DNA of 64,000 nucleotides from NCBI GenBank assembly GCA_951406725.2, contig OX597814.1, positions 110,174,001-110,238,000 on the forward strand, read 5' to 3'. Source of the DNA: Octopus vulgaris. Taxonomy: Eukaryota. The notes under the pieces are model-generated. The model ran no database searches and was not told the origin of the DNA. It saw only the letters and a program-made list of their open reading frames with translations. Of the stretch, positions 38,396 to 51,587 are shown piece after piece (within the stretch, counting starts at the first letter, position 1; every line of letters starts with the position of its first letter). The position numbers were made by a program, and so were the translations under genes.

Positions 38396-39009
38396 ATCAG
38401 GTTGTTTTGAGTGCTTGTAGCACATAAACCAGTTCAACTTGTACCACGGTTGGTTTGTTGGCAACTAAATTCCCAAGCTCCCTCCTCTCGCCCCTGTCTA
38501 TCATGGTCAAACCCAGCCAGACACAAAACAAGACAAAGATGTGTCAAAGAGACAGCTGAATCCAGCAGAGGGTCAATGGCCAACAATAGGGCAGGGGACA
38601 TAGACATACCTGAGATGGTGTAATGCGCATGTTGTTTGTCCACTTTGGGAGTGGTGCACCCGGAACACCTGTCTGAGAGAGGGGCAGATGGGGCAGAAAG
38701 AGTAGATACGGATCCTTTACTGTAAAAAGATTTAAGGTTATCTATTTTCACTGCCATGCTGTCTTGTGAATGACCCCAGGAAGACAAAGACTAAGAGAGT
38801 TGTCCCTGAGGGAAACCACAAGCTGTGGCTGCTTCTTGTTGCTGAGAGGATGTATCAGTTGTCTTTGGTCATTGTTGATCTCTGATTCAGTGTCACTGTT
38901 TTGGGGAAGTATGCTACACCCTAATGCAAAACTACTTTAACTCTTCATTGAACAGTTATCTTACAGTTATGTAATGTCAGTCTTGGATTCCAAAGGTGGA
39001 TAATTTATT

Positions 39010-39415
39010 ATCATTGTTTTAATGTTCAGTTTTCCATGCTTGCATGGGTTGGATGAATTTTATTGAACCAGATTTTCTGTGGCTGGACGCCCTCCTTCTT
39101 GCCAACTCTCGCCTGTTTCCAAACAGGGTAATATTTTCCATGGCCAGACATTTGTTTTCACAGAATATTGGAAATGAACGACATTACTTGTGTGATGGTG
39201 ACACTCATTCACAACTACCACAATGTCAAGACAAGGAGACGCAAATACACACACACACACACACAGTGGGCGCCTTTCAGTTATTTGTCAACAAAATTCA
39301 CTTAAGACAACTTTGATTGGCCAGAAGCTATAATAGAAGATGCTTTGTCATGGAACTGAACCCAGAACCATTTGGCTGGGAAGTAAACTTCTGAGCCACA
39401 CAATCACACCTGCAT
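39010..39415 (-). mobile_element. SINE family A2 (A head, RTE-type tail)
   Basis: Homologous to 1975-2342; tail (minus) CCAACCCATGCAAGCATGGAAAACTGAACATTAAAACAATGAT. Confidence 0.72.
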
Positions 39416-39911
39416 CTTTTTGAATAACACATTAGTTAAGTAATATCTCCTCATATGTAAGGCGGTGAACTGGCAAAATCGTTAACACACCAGGTGAAAG
39501 GCTTCGTAGTATTTTGTCTGTCTTTATGCTCTGAGTTCAAATTCTGACGAGGTCAACTTTGCCTTTCATCCTTTCGGGATCGATAAATTAAGAACCAGTT
39601 GCATACTGGGGTCAATCTAATCGACTGAACCTCTCCCCCAAAATTTCAGGCCTTGTACCTAGAGTAGAAGAGAATATCTTGTCGTATGTTTTCCTTCTTC
39701 ACTACACACACACAGTAAGACATTGGAACACCTGTTCAAAGATAAAATTCTTAGTTTTCAAAATTCTAATGGAGGGAAGAAAAATAAAAACAGCAGAAAA
39801 GAAAGCACATTTATAATTTCCAAACAATCAAAAAAGTGCACCAATTTGCAGCATAAACATATCATGATCAACAACACCAACAAGAACACTAACACCATAG
39901 GTAAATCAATG

Positions 39912-40330
39912 TCATCATCATCATCATTTAATGTCCATTTTCCATGGTGGCATCGGTTGAACGGTTTGACTGTGTCTAGCAAGCCAGGAGGCCGCACCAG
40001 GCTCCGATCTGATCTGGCAAGGTTTCTACAGCTGGATGCTCTTCCTAATGCCAACCACTCCAAGAGTGTAGTGAGTGCTTTTTACATGTCACCGGCACGG
40101 GAACCAGTCAGGCGGCACTGGCATCGACCACATTCAGATGGTGCTTTTTATGTGCCACCAGCATGGGGAGCCAGTCAGGCGGAACTGGTGATGACCCATG
40201 CATGAATTGCGCTTATTGCGTGCCATCAGCACAGGAGCCAGTCAGGCGGCACTGGCATCAGCCACAACTACAATTTCCATTTGATTGTGATTTGATTTTT
40301 GGTTTTGATTAACTCAATAGGTCTCCTCCA
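39912..40330 (-). mobile_element. RTE 3' UTR fragment (family C) with three tandem units
   Basis: Family C terminal motifs and about 66-bp repeats. Confidence 0.82.
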
Positions 40331-40878
40331 GCACCAGGAAATTCTCTGATAGCAATTCTCAGCATCACAGACTCACAAAGAATTCTTTCAAAATAAATAT
40401 TTCTTAACCACACATACCAAAATATAATTAGAAAACATGACTCAGAAGAAATCTTTAAAATTCGTTAATACATCACTAATTAAAATTGCTTTCATGGAAT
40501 TTTAAAAATGTTAAGATTATACCAAGCATGGCTGTGTGGTAAGAAGCTTGCTTCCCAACCATGTGTTTCCGGGTTCAGTCCCACTGCATGGCACCTTGGG
40601 CAAGTGTCTTCTACTATAGCCTCGGTTCAGCCAAAACCTTATGAGTGGGTTTGATAGATGAAAACTGAAAGAAGTCCATTGTATATGTGTGTGTGTGTGT
40701 GTTTTTGTGTCTATGTTCCCCCCTCCCCATCACCACTTGACAACCAGTGTTGGTGTGTTTATGCTCCCATAACTTAGCAATTCGGCAAAAGGTGACATGC
40801 AGTGGGACTGAACCTGGAACCATGTAACTGGGAAGCAAGAGCTACTTACCACACAGCCAAGCCTGCCCCTTTATATTT

Positions 40879-41513
40879 TATTACCTCCGCCTGAACAAAG
40901 GTGGAGGTGTTTGTTTGTTTGTCCATGGACAAGATATCTCAAGAACTGCTGGATGTATTCAGATGAAACCTTTAAGGATGTTTGGCCTCGTGCCTGGCAC
41001 AAACACTAGGATTTCTAAAGGAAGACCAGAATTTAAGAGAAGAGAAAACCAAAAGCTCTCATGATATTCTTTGAAGGATTATTTTCAGATATTCTCATTT
41101 TAACAATCATCATCATCATCGTTTAACGTCCGTTTTCCATGCTAGCATGGGTTGGACTGTTCGACTGGGGTCTGGGAAGTCAGAAGGCTGCACCAGGCTC
41201 CAGTCTGGTCTGGCAGTGTTTCTACAGCTGGATGCCCTTCCTAATGCCAACCACTCCATGAGTGTAGTGGGTGCTTTTTACGTGCCACCGGCACAGGTGC
41301 CAGGGGAGGCTGGCAATGACCACGATCAGTTGGTGCTTTTTACGTGCCACCAGCAGGGAAGCCAGTCAAGGAGGTGATGGCATCGGCCACATTTGGATGG
41401 TGTTTTATTTTTATGTGCCACCGGCACAGGTATCACAATTACATCTCTGGTTAATCATTGAGAGGACATTGGTGTTGCCTTGGTGGAGGTGTGCACTCTA
41501 TGAGTGCTCTTGT
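40879..41513 (+). mobile_element. HINE-like element interrupted by an RTE 3' fragment (41107-41445, minus)
   Basis: ACCTCCGCC..GGTGGAGGT 5' inverted motif, matching GGTGGAGGT near the 3' end, then GCACTCTATGAGTGC hairpin. Confidence 0.7.
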
Positions 41514-42154
41514 CATATGTATGTATTGAAATAAGGAGGGATCCTTTATCATAATAAGAATGGAGAAAGCACAAGACATTTCTATGATATCATGTGATCA
41601 TGTGATCTGCCAAGCTATCTGATGTTGTAATACATCACTGGACACAATGCACTTTGCATTGTTGTGGCTTTCGAATGGTGGCACCTGACTGGCTAGCCAT
41701 GCAGGCCAACATTGCATCTGAATGGAATGCTGGTCCAGCACAGGGTGACCCCTTTACAGCTGATTAGACTGAGGCAGTGTGAAATGAAATGTTTTGCTCA
41801 AGAACCCAATGTGCAGCTGGTCCAGAAATCAAACCTGTGATCTCATGATTGTGCTGGCAACAAGCCTAACCACTAGGCCACATATGTTCATCATATGCTA
41901 CAAGAAAGTCTGGAAGGTAAAAGATTTTACCAACAGCAGCAGAAATGGGAATTATGTAACAACTGGAGTATTATCCATCATTTAATGGATAAACTTGGCA
42001 GTACACACTTTAGCCATCATGGATAATATCAGGAAATAAGGCAAAACATATAGTGATTATAATTTGACTTGTAATACGTACAAACAAGAGCACTCAGAGA
42101 GTGCAAACCTCCTCCAACGCAACACCAACGTCCTCTCAACAATTGAAGCTCAGA

Positions 42155-42585
42155 AGTGGCTGTGTGGTAAGTAGTTCCGGGTTCAGTGCCACATGGCACC
42201 TTGGGCAAGTGTCTTTTACTATAGCCTCAGGCTGACCAAAGCCTTGTGAGTGGATTTGGTAGACGGAAACATATATGTCGTATACATATGTGTGTGTGTG
42301 TGTGTGTATGTTTGTGTGTCTGTGTTTGCTCCCCACCCCCATCGTTTGACAACCGATGTTGGTGTGTTTACGTCTCCATAACATAGTTTGGCAAAAGTGA
42401 CCGATAGAATACGTACTACAGTTCTGTTAGCAACAAACGAGATGAGGACAAATATCCGTGAAATGTAAACAATGTAGAATAAGTACTAGGCTTACAAAGA
42501 ATAAGACGTGGGGTTGATTTGTTCGACTAAAGGCAGTGCTCCAATATGGCCGCAGTCAAATAACTGAAACAAATAAAAGAATGAA
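42155..42585 (+). mobile_element. SINE family A carrying an insertion (about 42418-42475) from the hammerhead-element tail
   Basis: CAACAAACGAGATGAGGACAAATATCCGTGAAATGTAAACAATGT matches 24941-24990; TAGAATA(C/A)GTACTA appears on both sides. Confidence 0.75.
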
Positions 42586-43013
42586 AGAACTGAATTTCTT
42601 GCTGCTTCTAGGAAACCTGCGATCATTTGTGTGTGTTCTGTGTCTGTGTGGATATTCTGTCTGTCTGTGCATGTTCAGGTGTATTTAATCACTCACTCCT
42701 CATCTCTCCATCTCCCTCCCTCTGTCATTTCCCTCTCCCCATTCCCTCTCTCTCTCTCTCTCACCCCTCCCTCATATTCCCTCTTTTTGTATTAATTCCT
42801 ACACAACATTTCGCCACCCCATCCCACAACCACCACCACCACCACAACCCAAGCTTAGGCAATAATGAGATAAAAGATACTTTACTGTGGCGCTGCCATC
42901 CCCACCTTCACGGAAAGTTAAAAGGAGGAGAAAATTATTTTCTGACCTACTTTAGTATATAACACACACACACACAGTATTCTGTTTTCTCTGTTTTTTT
43001 ACTAATTGTTTCT

Positions 43014-43064
<51 letters not shown>

Positions 43065-44304
43065 CATATACCTATATACAAATACATATATATACAAACG
43101 TATATATGTATATAATAAGCTTTAAAGAGGATAAACAGAATGAGGTCAAGAATGAAGATTTGCAAATTATAAACCTTGTGGCTTATAAATACACATTAAG
43201 AATTTGATAGTTTACCACTACTTTTGAGGCAGAAATAAAGTAAAATATTGCATGTGGAAATAGGAAACTACTACACTACTTTATATGGCTTTCCCCACTC
43301 ATCCAGTTTTATTTTCTTAGTTTTTAAGTTTTTAGTGTCTGTTTCTTGGAAATAATTGTTTATCAGTAAAACCATGTTGTTTTATATTTGGTGTAGTTTA
43401 GCTGATGACAGGTTACAAAGATAAAATAAATGTCATTTAAAATAGGAGAGAAAGAAACCGAGAACAAGTCTATTGATTCCGAGTCTGCTTTCTTTACCAT
43501 TTATCAATTTGGTTGATTTCTGGAAGTTTCTACTTGTTTTTTGTTGTTGTTTGTTTTTTAAACAAAGAAATTTTTCCTAACATTGCAATGTATTTAAATT
43601 TGCTCTAAATTGCAAAGCAATTTCTAGAGATATGCTAGGAAAGGCAGCCACAGTTCTTTTAAGTCACATCCTATTTTATGAAATGATGAAGGACACGTTG
43701 GACTGCGTGTTACTTGATATACATAGGAAAAAGACAAAGTGGCTACTACTGGTGTTTGAATATACTTCTGGCCAACTGGAGTTGACCAGTGGGGATTAAA
43801 AGATGGCTACTGCTGGTGTTTAAATATATTTCTGGTCAAGCAGAGTTGACCTGGGGATTAAACAACAACAATGCTATAATTTCAGTTATCATCATCATCA
43901 TCATCATCTACACTATTGTTCTTTCCTTAAGCTTGATTAAGATGGCCGACAAGCAGAACCGTTTGCATATACCAGGCAAAATGCTTAGCTGCATTTCTTC
44001 TGACTTCACATTTCTGAATTCAAATGCTGCCAGGGTTGACTTGGCCTTTTGTCCTTTCAGGGTCAATAAAATAAGGACCAGTTGAGCACTGGGGTCGATC
44101 TAATTGATTTTCCTCCTCCACCGAAATTGCTGGCCTTGTGCCAGACTTTGAAATCATTATTATACAAGCAAGCTGGTCTTTTCCCTGCTAATTCTAAATC
44201 TGATTTTTCTTGCTTGTTCTTTAGGTTTAGTAGTTCTTGTGGTCTAGTGTGATATCATTGGTAAAAGCCAGGTCATAAGGCCTTCCTTACTCCATCCACT
44301 GTAT

Positions 44305-44648
44305 TCCTCGGCTCCTGTGCTGGTGACATGACTAGCTTTCATGGCATGTAAAAAGCACCATTTGAGTGTGGTCGATGCCAGTGCTGCCTGACTGGCTCCC
44401 GTGCCAGTGGCACATAAAAAGCACCATTTGAGCTTGGTTGATGCCAGTGGCACCTGACTGATCCCCATACTGGTGGCATGCAAAGAGCACCCACTACACT
44501 CTCAGAGTTGTTGGCATTAGGAAAGGCATCCAGCAGTAGAAGCTTTGCCAGATTGGAGCCTGGTGCAGCATCCTGGTTTGCCAGTCCTCAGTCAAACCAT
44601 CCAACCCATGCCAGCATGGAAAGCAGATGTTAAACAATGATGATGATG
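44305..44648 (+). mobile_element. RTE 3' UTR fragment (family C)
   Basis: Tandem units and (GAT)n tail. Confidence 0.82.
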
Positions 44649-44871
44649 TTACCTTCTTCAATACAAAGTCAGTTGCTAACAAGAACCAGATTTCTTTCAA
44701 TTAATTGTAAAATTAATGAAGAACTTAGTAAAATACCCTTGCCATTATTAATTTGGTATCAAGTTGTAAACTGACAGAATCATAGCATGCCAGGCTGCTT
44801 AGCATTGTCTGTCTTTACATTCCAAGTTCAAATTCTACCAAGGCCGCCTTTGCCTTTCATCCTCTTGGGGT

Positions 44872-45283
44872 TACTCTTTTATTTGTTTCAGTCATTCGAC
44901 TGTTCCCATGCTGAAGCACCACCTTTAGTCGAGCTAATCGACCCCAGGACTTATTCTTTGCAAGCCTAGTACTTATTCTATTGATCTCTTTTGCCAAACC
45001 GCTAAGTTACAGGGTCATAAACACACCAACATTGGTTATCAAGTGATGTTGGGAGGGGGGGGGGGGGCAAAAACAGACACAAACATATACACACACACAT
45101 ATATATATACATATACACGACAGGCTTCTTTCAGTTTCCGTCTACCAAATCCACTCATAAGCCTTTGGTCAGCCCGAGGCTATAGTAGAAGACACTTGCC
45201 CAAGGTGCCATGCAGTGGGACTGAACCTGGAACCATGCAGTTCGTAAGCAAGCTACTTACCACACAGCCACTCCTACACCTAT
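44872..45283 (-). mobile_element. SINE family A, full length, nested in a family B SINE
   Basis: Family B body breaks at about 44871 and resumes AAAATAAGTACC at about 45290. Confidence 0.85.
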
Positions 45284-45336
45284 AGAAATAAAATAAGTAC
45301 CATTTGAGCCCTAGAGGGTTGATATAATTGATTTAA

Positions 45337-45557
45337 CCCTTTTGTTACCAACCCGGCTGAAACCGGCTCTGGCCCTGTAGTACAAATGTCTCATTTTCAA
45401 AAGTTCTGAATTGAAATCTTCCACCAAGCCTTAGTCACAATTTATGTTCCTAACACTAGCTTAATGATAACTAAGTTATTTTACTAAATTCTTTGTTATA
45501 TTTAAAATAATTGAAAGAAACACAAAGCATCTCAAAATAAATACAGTAACGAAAGGG
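45337..45557 (+). mobile_element. piggyBac-type MITE (family E), best-preserved copy
   Basis: TTAA|CCCTTTTGTTAC...GTAACGAAAGGG|TTAA: 12-bp TIR with 1 mismatch and TTAA duplication; partial copies near 6640-6848 and 21880-21986. Confidence 0.85.
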
Positions 45558-45744
45558 TTAATCCCACTCCCCAAATTGCTGACCTAGAGCCAAAATTTTA
45601 AACCATTATTAGTCTGGTATTTGGAACACAAACCAACATGAATCTTTGGTGGCCGGTTTTCATTTAGATCGCTTTAAAACAGGTTGTTTTTGTAACGTAG
45701 ACCCAAAAGCTGTTTCAGGCAAGTTACTATCAAAAGATAGTCGC

Positions 45745-45930
45745 CATGATAGATCGTTAGCCACTACACACATTTCTTTCTCTCCTTGTTTTTTCTGTGT
45801 CCCTTTCTGTAGAAGAGCGTAGACTCGAAACGTAAAAGACTTTTTCAATTCCTGAGCATTATACTAATACATCTGTTTTTTTTTGTACACCACCTGTCTT
45901 CGTCTTTTGTTTTTTTCGTAAACTCTCCCC
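45745..45930 (+). mobile_element. Penelope-like terminal fragment with hammerhead variant (45803-45838)
   Basis: CTTT CTGTAGA A GAGC GTAG ACTC GAAAC GTA AAAG; TTACTATCAAAAGA repeated at 45724 and 45931 as a probable target duplication. Confidence 0.72.
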
Positions 45931-46186
45931 TTACTATCAAAAGAGTTGATGTAGGCTTCATATTGTCAGTATCATTGTCTAAGCCTCCACTTTTCTGTGC
46001 TAGCTTGGTTCAGGTAAAATTTATGGAGGTAGATGCTCTTCCTGTTGCTAACACTCAACTGTTTCCAAACTAGGTCATATTTCCTAAAGTCTTTCAACCA
46101 ATAGCCAGACATGATTCCATGTGAGAAAAAAAATAACTATTTGCATGAACAGTGACTGAGTAGTGGTGGTTGTGAATAATTCTACA

Positions 46187-46845
46187 GGCAGCGAGCTGGC
46201 AGAAACGTTAGCACGCTGGGCCGTTACATTCTGAGTTCAAATTCTGTTAGCATGTCTGCCGTTACGTTCTGAGTTCAAATTCCGCCGAGGTCGACTTTGC
46301 CTTTCATCCTTTCAGGGTCGATAAATTAAATACCAGTTACGCACTGGGGTCGATATAATCGACTTAATCCCTTTGTCTGTCCTTGTTTGTCCTCTCTGTG
46401 TGTAGCCCCTTGTGGGCAATAAAGAAATTATAAGGTGGCGAGCTGGCAGAAACGTTAGCACACTGGGCGAAATGCTTAGCGGTATTTCGTCTGCCGTTAC
46501 ATTCTGAGTTCAAACTCCGCCAAGGTCGACTTTGCCTTTCATCCTTTCAGGGTCGATAAATTAAGACCAGTTACGCACTGGGGTCGATATAATCGACTTA
46601 ATCCATTTTCTGTCCTTGTTTGTCTCTTCTGTGTTTAGCCCCTTGTGGGTAGTAAAGAAATAGGTATTTCGTCTTTATGTTCTGAGTTCAAACTCCGCTG
46701 AGGTCGACTTTGCCTTTTATCCTTTCGGGGTTGATAAATTAAGTACCAGTTATGCACTGGGGTCGATATAATCGACTATATCCGTTTGTGTGTCTTTTGT
46801 TTGTCCTCTCTGTGTTTAGCCCCTTGTGGGTAGTAAAGAAATAGG
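46187..46845 (+). mobile_element. Tandem array of young family B SINE units
   Basis: Three near-identical body+tail1 units and two heads, CpGs largely retained; GGTTGTGAATAATT flanks both ends (46168 and 46844). Confidence 0.88.
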
Positions 46846-48127
46846 TTGTGAATAATTTTGTGTATTTGTGAAGCTCTCCATTGACATGAAAATATCAAGA
46901 CACTATAAAGACATGTAAGCACACACACACATATACACATAACGGGTTTCTTACAGTTTCCCTCTACCAGTTTCACACACAAGGCAATGGTCAGCTTGTA
47001 GATATAGAAAAAGCCATCAACCAACAGTGTCCATGCATAATTAAAACAATTTTGATCCCTTAATCATAAGAAGTAGAACAGTATCTTTGGCTCTTTTCAG
47101 GGTCTCTGAGACAAGTGGTAGGACAGGTGTTAGTCCTCAGACCAGAGATAGGGTCCATGTGTTTACAACAAAGTGGGTTCACCAACGACACCTGAAGGCC
47201 TGATAGTAGTGACAGTGTTAAACTGGTTTAGTAATTAGGACTACCCCTTCCATACCCAGGAGTAAGAATGGCCCTTCCAGCAGGCTTCTGCACAGTTTCC
47301 GACTCCCAAATTCTACTCAAAGAACTTTGGTTAATCTAAAGCTATGATGGCAGGCTCTTGGCCAAAATGCCTGCAGTGGTATCAAACCAGAAACTGCATA
47401 GTTCTGCAGCAGGAATTTTAACACCACCACCATCATCATCATCATCATCATCATGTCGATGTCATAGATTGGCAATGATGGTAGAGTGCGAGATCAAATA
47501 CTTTGCAGGTACATCTATTGATGTCAGGAGTTCAAATCCTAGCATTGTTAATATGTTGTTGTTTATTTTTTATTTCTTTATTTCTGCAGGGTTGATAAAC
47601 TAAATGGCAGAAAAGCGGTTAATCTTATATTCAGCTGTTCAGCCATATTCCTTCTTTACAATATTCTACCAATATGGGGAAAGGGGGGGAAAAAGCAAGA
47701 AAATAACAGAATGAAAATCAATATTTGGATAGAACCATTTTTCAGAGTTAGAATGGATATAAGTTAGGACATGAAAAGCATGCTTATCAGGATCAAAGCA
47801 GATCAATAATAGCTTCTGTAAACAGAGAAGAAAACTAGCAAAGAGCATTTATGCCACCTCGAAGACAAAGTCCTTGCTTTACAGCATGTAACAGCAGCAC
47901 TTTATAAAAACTTGAAAGTGCTTGACATTTGAGAGAGATTAGCCATAAACTTTGTAAATATAAGAATGTTAAAGAATAGATGAAAATATATTTAAAATAA
48001 CAAATTTGATTTCTGGAGATAGGCTGTCTGTTTGGTTTGATATATTAAAGATGTTTGCTGGCTGTTTCAGTGCTTACAAAACAGAAGCAGGATTCTATTG
48101 ATATAAACAAATTAAATTTGTCTTTAA

Positions 48128-48336
48128 CCCTTTTCTTGCCATATTTCTATGAAATGCATTGCTTTTGTTTCAATTAATTCTTAAAATAATGAAGAATTCA
48201 GTGAAATAGCTTTGTCGTTATTAAGCTGGCATTTGGAACCTGAAATTTCGATGGAAGGTTTTTGATGTAATTTTAAAACACAATGTTTGTATTGCAGAAG
48301 CAGGAACTGTCTTGGACAAGATGGTATCAAAAGGGG
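48128..48336 (-). mobile_element. piggyBac-type MITE (family E)
   Basis: TTAA|CCCTTTTCTTGCCA...TGGTATCAAAAGGGG|TTAA. Confidence 0.75.
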
Positions 48337-48453
48337 TTAAAATGCTTATCCTTTTCATACTAATCTGCTTCAGACTGGGTCCAATAATACAAACACCATG
48401 TTTTAATGCGACCTATATTAAAACATTCCATCAAAATAACTTGTTTTACTAAA

Positions 48454-48477
48454 TCTCTATATATATAAATGGCAAAA

Positions 48478-48508
<31 letters not shown>

Positions 48509-48831
48509 TTTATACAAATCCACAATTTTTCAGTTAGAGGGCTTGCACTTTCTATGGTCATTCAAAACCATCCAAGAGTGGTCGTGCACATCTTTACATT
48601 TCCCCAGTCACCCCGCAAAGCCATTAAGAAATCAATAGAAGTGACTTTTTTGTGAATTTTCTATCCAAAACCCAATCAAAATGCCCAAAACTTGATACAC
48701 CAATTGAATGCCAGCTAGCTGTATGTGATTGGTTGGAGATTTGGACAGTACTCATGTGTATGTGCGCACGCACGCAGCTGTATATGCATGCACTAGCACT
48801 ATGACCTGGCGTTGCCGGGTCATAGTGCTAG
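48454..48831 (+). mobile_element. Non-autonomous Helitron (third family) inserted in a family E MITE
   Basis: A|TC 5' end, CTAG|T 3' end, no target duplication; removal restores TTTTACTAAA-TTCTT as seen in the MITE at about 45479-45493. Confidence 0.85.
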
Positions 48832-48869
48832 TTCTTCATAATTTCCAAAATTAACTGATGCAAAATCAA

Positions 48870-49162
48870 TCCTGTTGGTGTGGGCGCCACATAAAAAAAA
48901 CACCAGTGCTGGTGTCACATAATAAGCACCAGTGATGGTTCCATGTGAAAAAAAAACATTGGTGCTGGTGCTATGTAAAAAAGCACCCAGTAGACCCTGT
49001 AAAATGGTTGGCATTAGGAAGAGCATCCCACCGTAGAAACCATGCCAAAACAAGCTATGGTGCATGGTGTGGTTCTGGGCCCTACCAGCTCCCGTCAAAC
49101 TGTTCAACTCATGCCAGCATGGAAAAAAGATGTTAAATGATGCTGATGATGACGATGATGAT
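48870..49162 (+). mobile_element. RTE-type 3' UTR fragment with about 30-bp GCACC..GGTGC repeats
   Basis: CACCAGTGCTGGTG units, GGCATTAGGAAG, CATGCCAGCATGGAAAA, (GAT)n. Confidence 0.75.
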
Positions 49163-51043
49163 AGTAACAAATGTGTTAAATCAGTTCCTTGCTGTTTTCT
49201 GTTATATGGAACCGACTGCCCCCTCCCTGTCTCTACCTTACCTGATATCCAAACTTAAAGGCACCGATTAAAGATGTTTCTTGTTATTATATCTTCGTTA
49301 AGTAAGCAATGGTTTAGAATCCTGAGATCAGTTTTTATTTAGATCTTGTTGATGTTGATGATGAAGTAATTGTTGCTTCTTTTATTAAACAAACCAGCCT
49401 GCAGTTATTGATAGGCTGAAGGTATCTATTTATCCATCTACATCAGCTGCCAGCTGTAGTTTAGAGATGATAACTAGCATTTATTTACAGCAGTTATGGA
49501 AGCGGGAGCAGTCGTGAAAAAGTTTACACGTTCTGCTAGTCGTCCCGTTCTGCTGGTTAATGTAACATCTTTTACTCAGTAAATCTGCCAAGTTCTGTAA
49601 GGTGCCACACAGTCTCTAAACACTTGTATTTAAAAGATCAGTTAAGAGAGCTGTTTCTCCATTTAGAATGATTTTAAGAGATTTGTTTGGAAAAGAACGT
49701 CAAATGTTTCAAAGAACTTGTTTATATTTAAAAGGTGAGTTACACCTTGTGTAGAATTGAGAGTGTGTGTGTGGTGTTCACTGTTAACAGAAAGAAAGAG
49801 GGGTAAACTAGGAAAGGATGTGGTATGGATCATGTGTGAAACGTCAAACTTCAAACCCCTTTACTGGGTTTCAGGGTGTGATGTTGGGGGTCTATAAATG
49901 TTGTTTATCATGTCTTGATTTGCGAGCATAATGCTCAGCAGTATTTCATCTGCCGCTACGTTCTGAGTTCAAATTCTGCCGAGGTTGTCTTTGCCTTTCA
50001 TCCTTTCGGGGTCGATAAATTAAGTACCAGTTATGCACTGGGGTCGATGTAATCGACTTAATCCGTTTGTCTGTCCTTGTTTGTCCCCTCTATGTTTGGC
50101 CCCTTGTGGGTAGTAAAGAAATAGATTTGATGGTTAGGGCATTTGGCTTACAATTGTAAGGTCGTGAGTTCGATTCCTGATAACCTGTTGTGTCCTTGAG
50201 CAAGACACTTTCTTTCACATTGTTCCAGTCCACGCTGCTGGTTAAAGTGAGTAGTACCTGTAATTCAAAGGGGGCCAGCCTTGTCACATTCTGTGTCATG
50301 CTGAATATATTATTTTCTTTACTACCCACAAGGGGTTAAACACAGAGAGGATAAACAAGGACAGACAAACGGATTAAGTCGATTACATCGATCCCCAGTG
50401 CGTAACTGGTACTTAATTTATCGACCCCGAAAGGATGAAAGCAAAGTCGACCTATTCCTGTGAATTACATTAACCTTTAACACGTATTTTCTCTAGAATT
50501 GTCTCTCCTGCCACTGACCTGTTACTACAGGGGAGAAAACTCATAGTGACATGATGCACCTACAGCTTGCTAAAGGTTAAGGGTATGACTGTCTGTGGAG
50601 TGCTCAACCACTTGCTCGTTAATTTCATGAGCAGGCTGTTCTGTTGATTGGATCGACTGGAACACTCATCGTCATAATTAACAGAATACCAGTTATATCT
50701 GCAACAAAATTAGTTATAGGCTATTAATAAGCCAGTAGTTTTGTTTTTGGATTTGGTTTGCAAGATTCTTTATGTGAGTTCATGTTTTGAAGCATATTTT
50801 GTTGTATCTGGGGAGGGTCATTCCCTTTTAGTGCCTTATTATTTAACACACTCACTGGTAAAGTTTCCACTCACATGGAAACTTGACCGGTGTGGGTTAT
50901 GTTTCCATAACTTTTAACAAATAAATGTAATGGTGATAATTACCCATAAAGAACCTCAAAATAGATATAATGATAATAATAATAATAATAATAATGATAA
51001 TAATAATAATTTATTGTTTTATTAGCCACAATAAATGGATGCT

Positions 51044-51587
51044 CTGATGCAGTACAAGATAGTGGTTCTCATGGCTTCTGATCTTAACTGATTGGAAGTG
51101 TCATCATGTACATTGTTTTGTCTTGGTATAAAAGATGGGCTACAGCAAATATTCTGCTCAAAACCACAGATTTGCTTGTCAGTTGCTTGACCTTAACCAG
51201 TTGAGCATGTCCCTTGGTAGCTGACGATATGTGCATCTCTGATCACAAGCAGTGGGAGATCACAAGTAGTGGGAGAGCATCATAGCCATGTGTTGAGAGG
51301 AATTCTTTGGGGTTTGAATAGTTCACCTTTAGAAACATGGGTGTTTTGTTCAACATCCTTAAACAACCCTTTTCAGGGACCTACTCAGCTAGAAGAAAAT
51401 TCTAACTGGGCCCCACCTGCAAGGTCATGCACTGTTTATCTTGATATGAGACCGCTATGTTGCACACATAAGGTTGCAATGCACGTGCCTGGTGTACCCT
51501 TATCAGACGAGAAGTCATAATGGGTATACTGGGCTTTGTATATTTTACCCCAGTATCACTGTGATGGCATGCACTGCTCTATCACTC
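51044..51587. mobile_element. About 550-bp non-coding interspersed repeat embedded in (AAT)n
   Basis: Aligns over its whole length with 62291-62841; (AAT)n near both ends of both copies. Confidence 0.85.

Noticed and set aside
47666-47840. Minus-strand acceptor TTTTCTTCTCTGTTTACAG with an open frame (KLLLICFDPDKHAF...)
   Set aside because: No good donor before the stop and the peptide is unrecognisable
49237-49330. Minus-strand donor CAG|GTAAG with a nearby acceptor
   Set aside because: All three frames contain stops; could only be a non-coding exon, with no support
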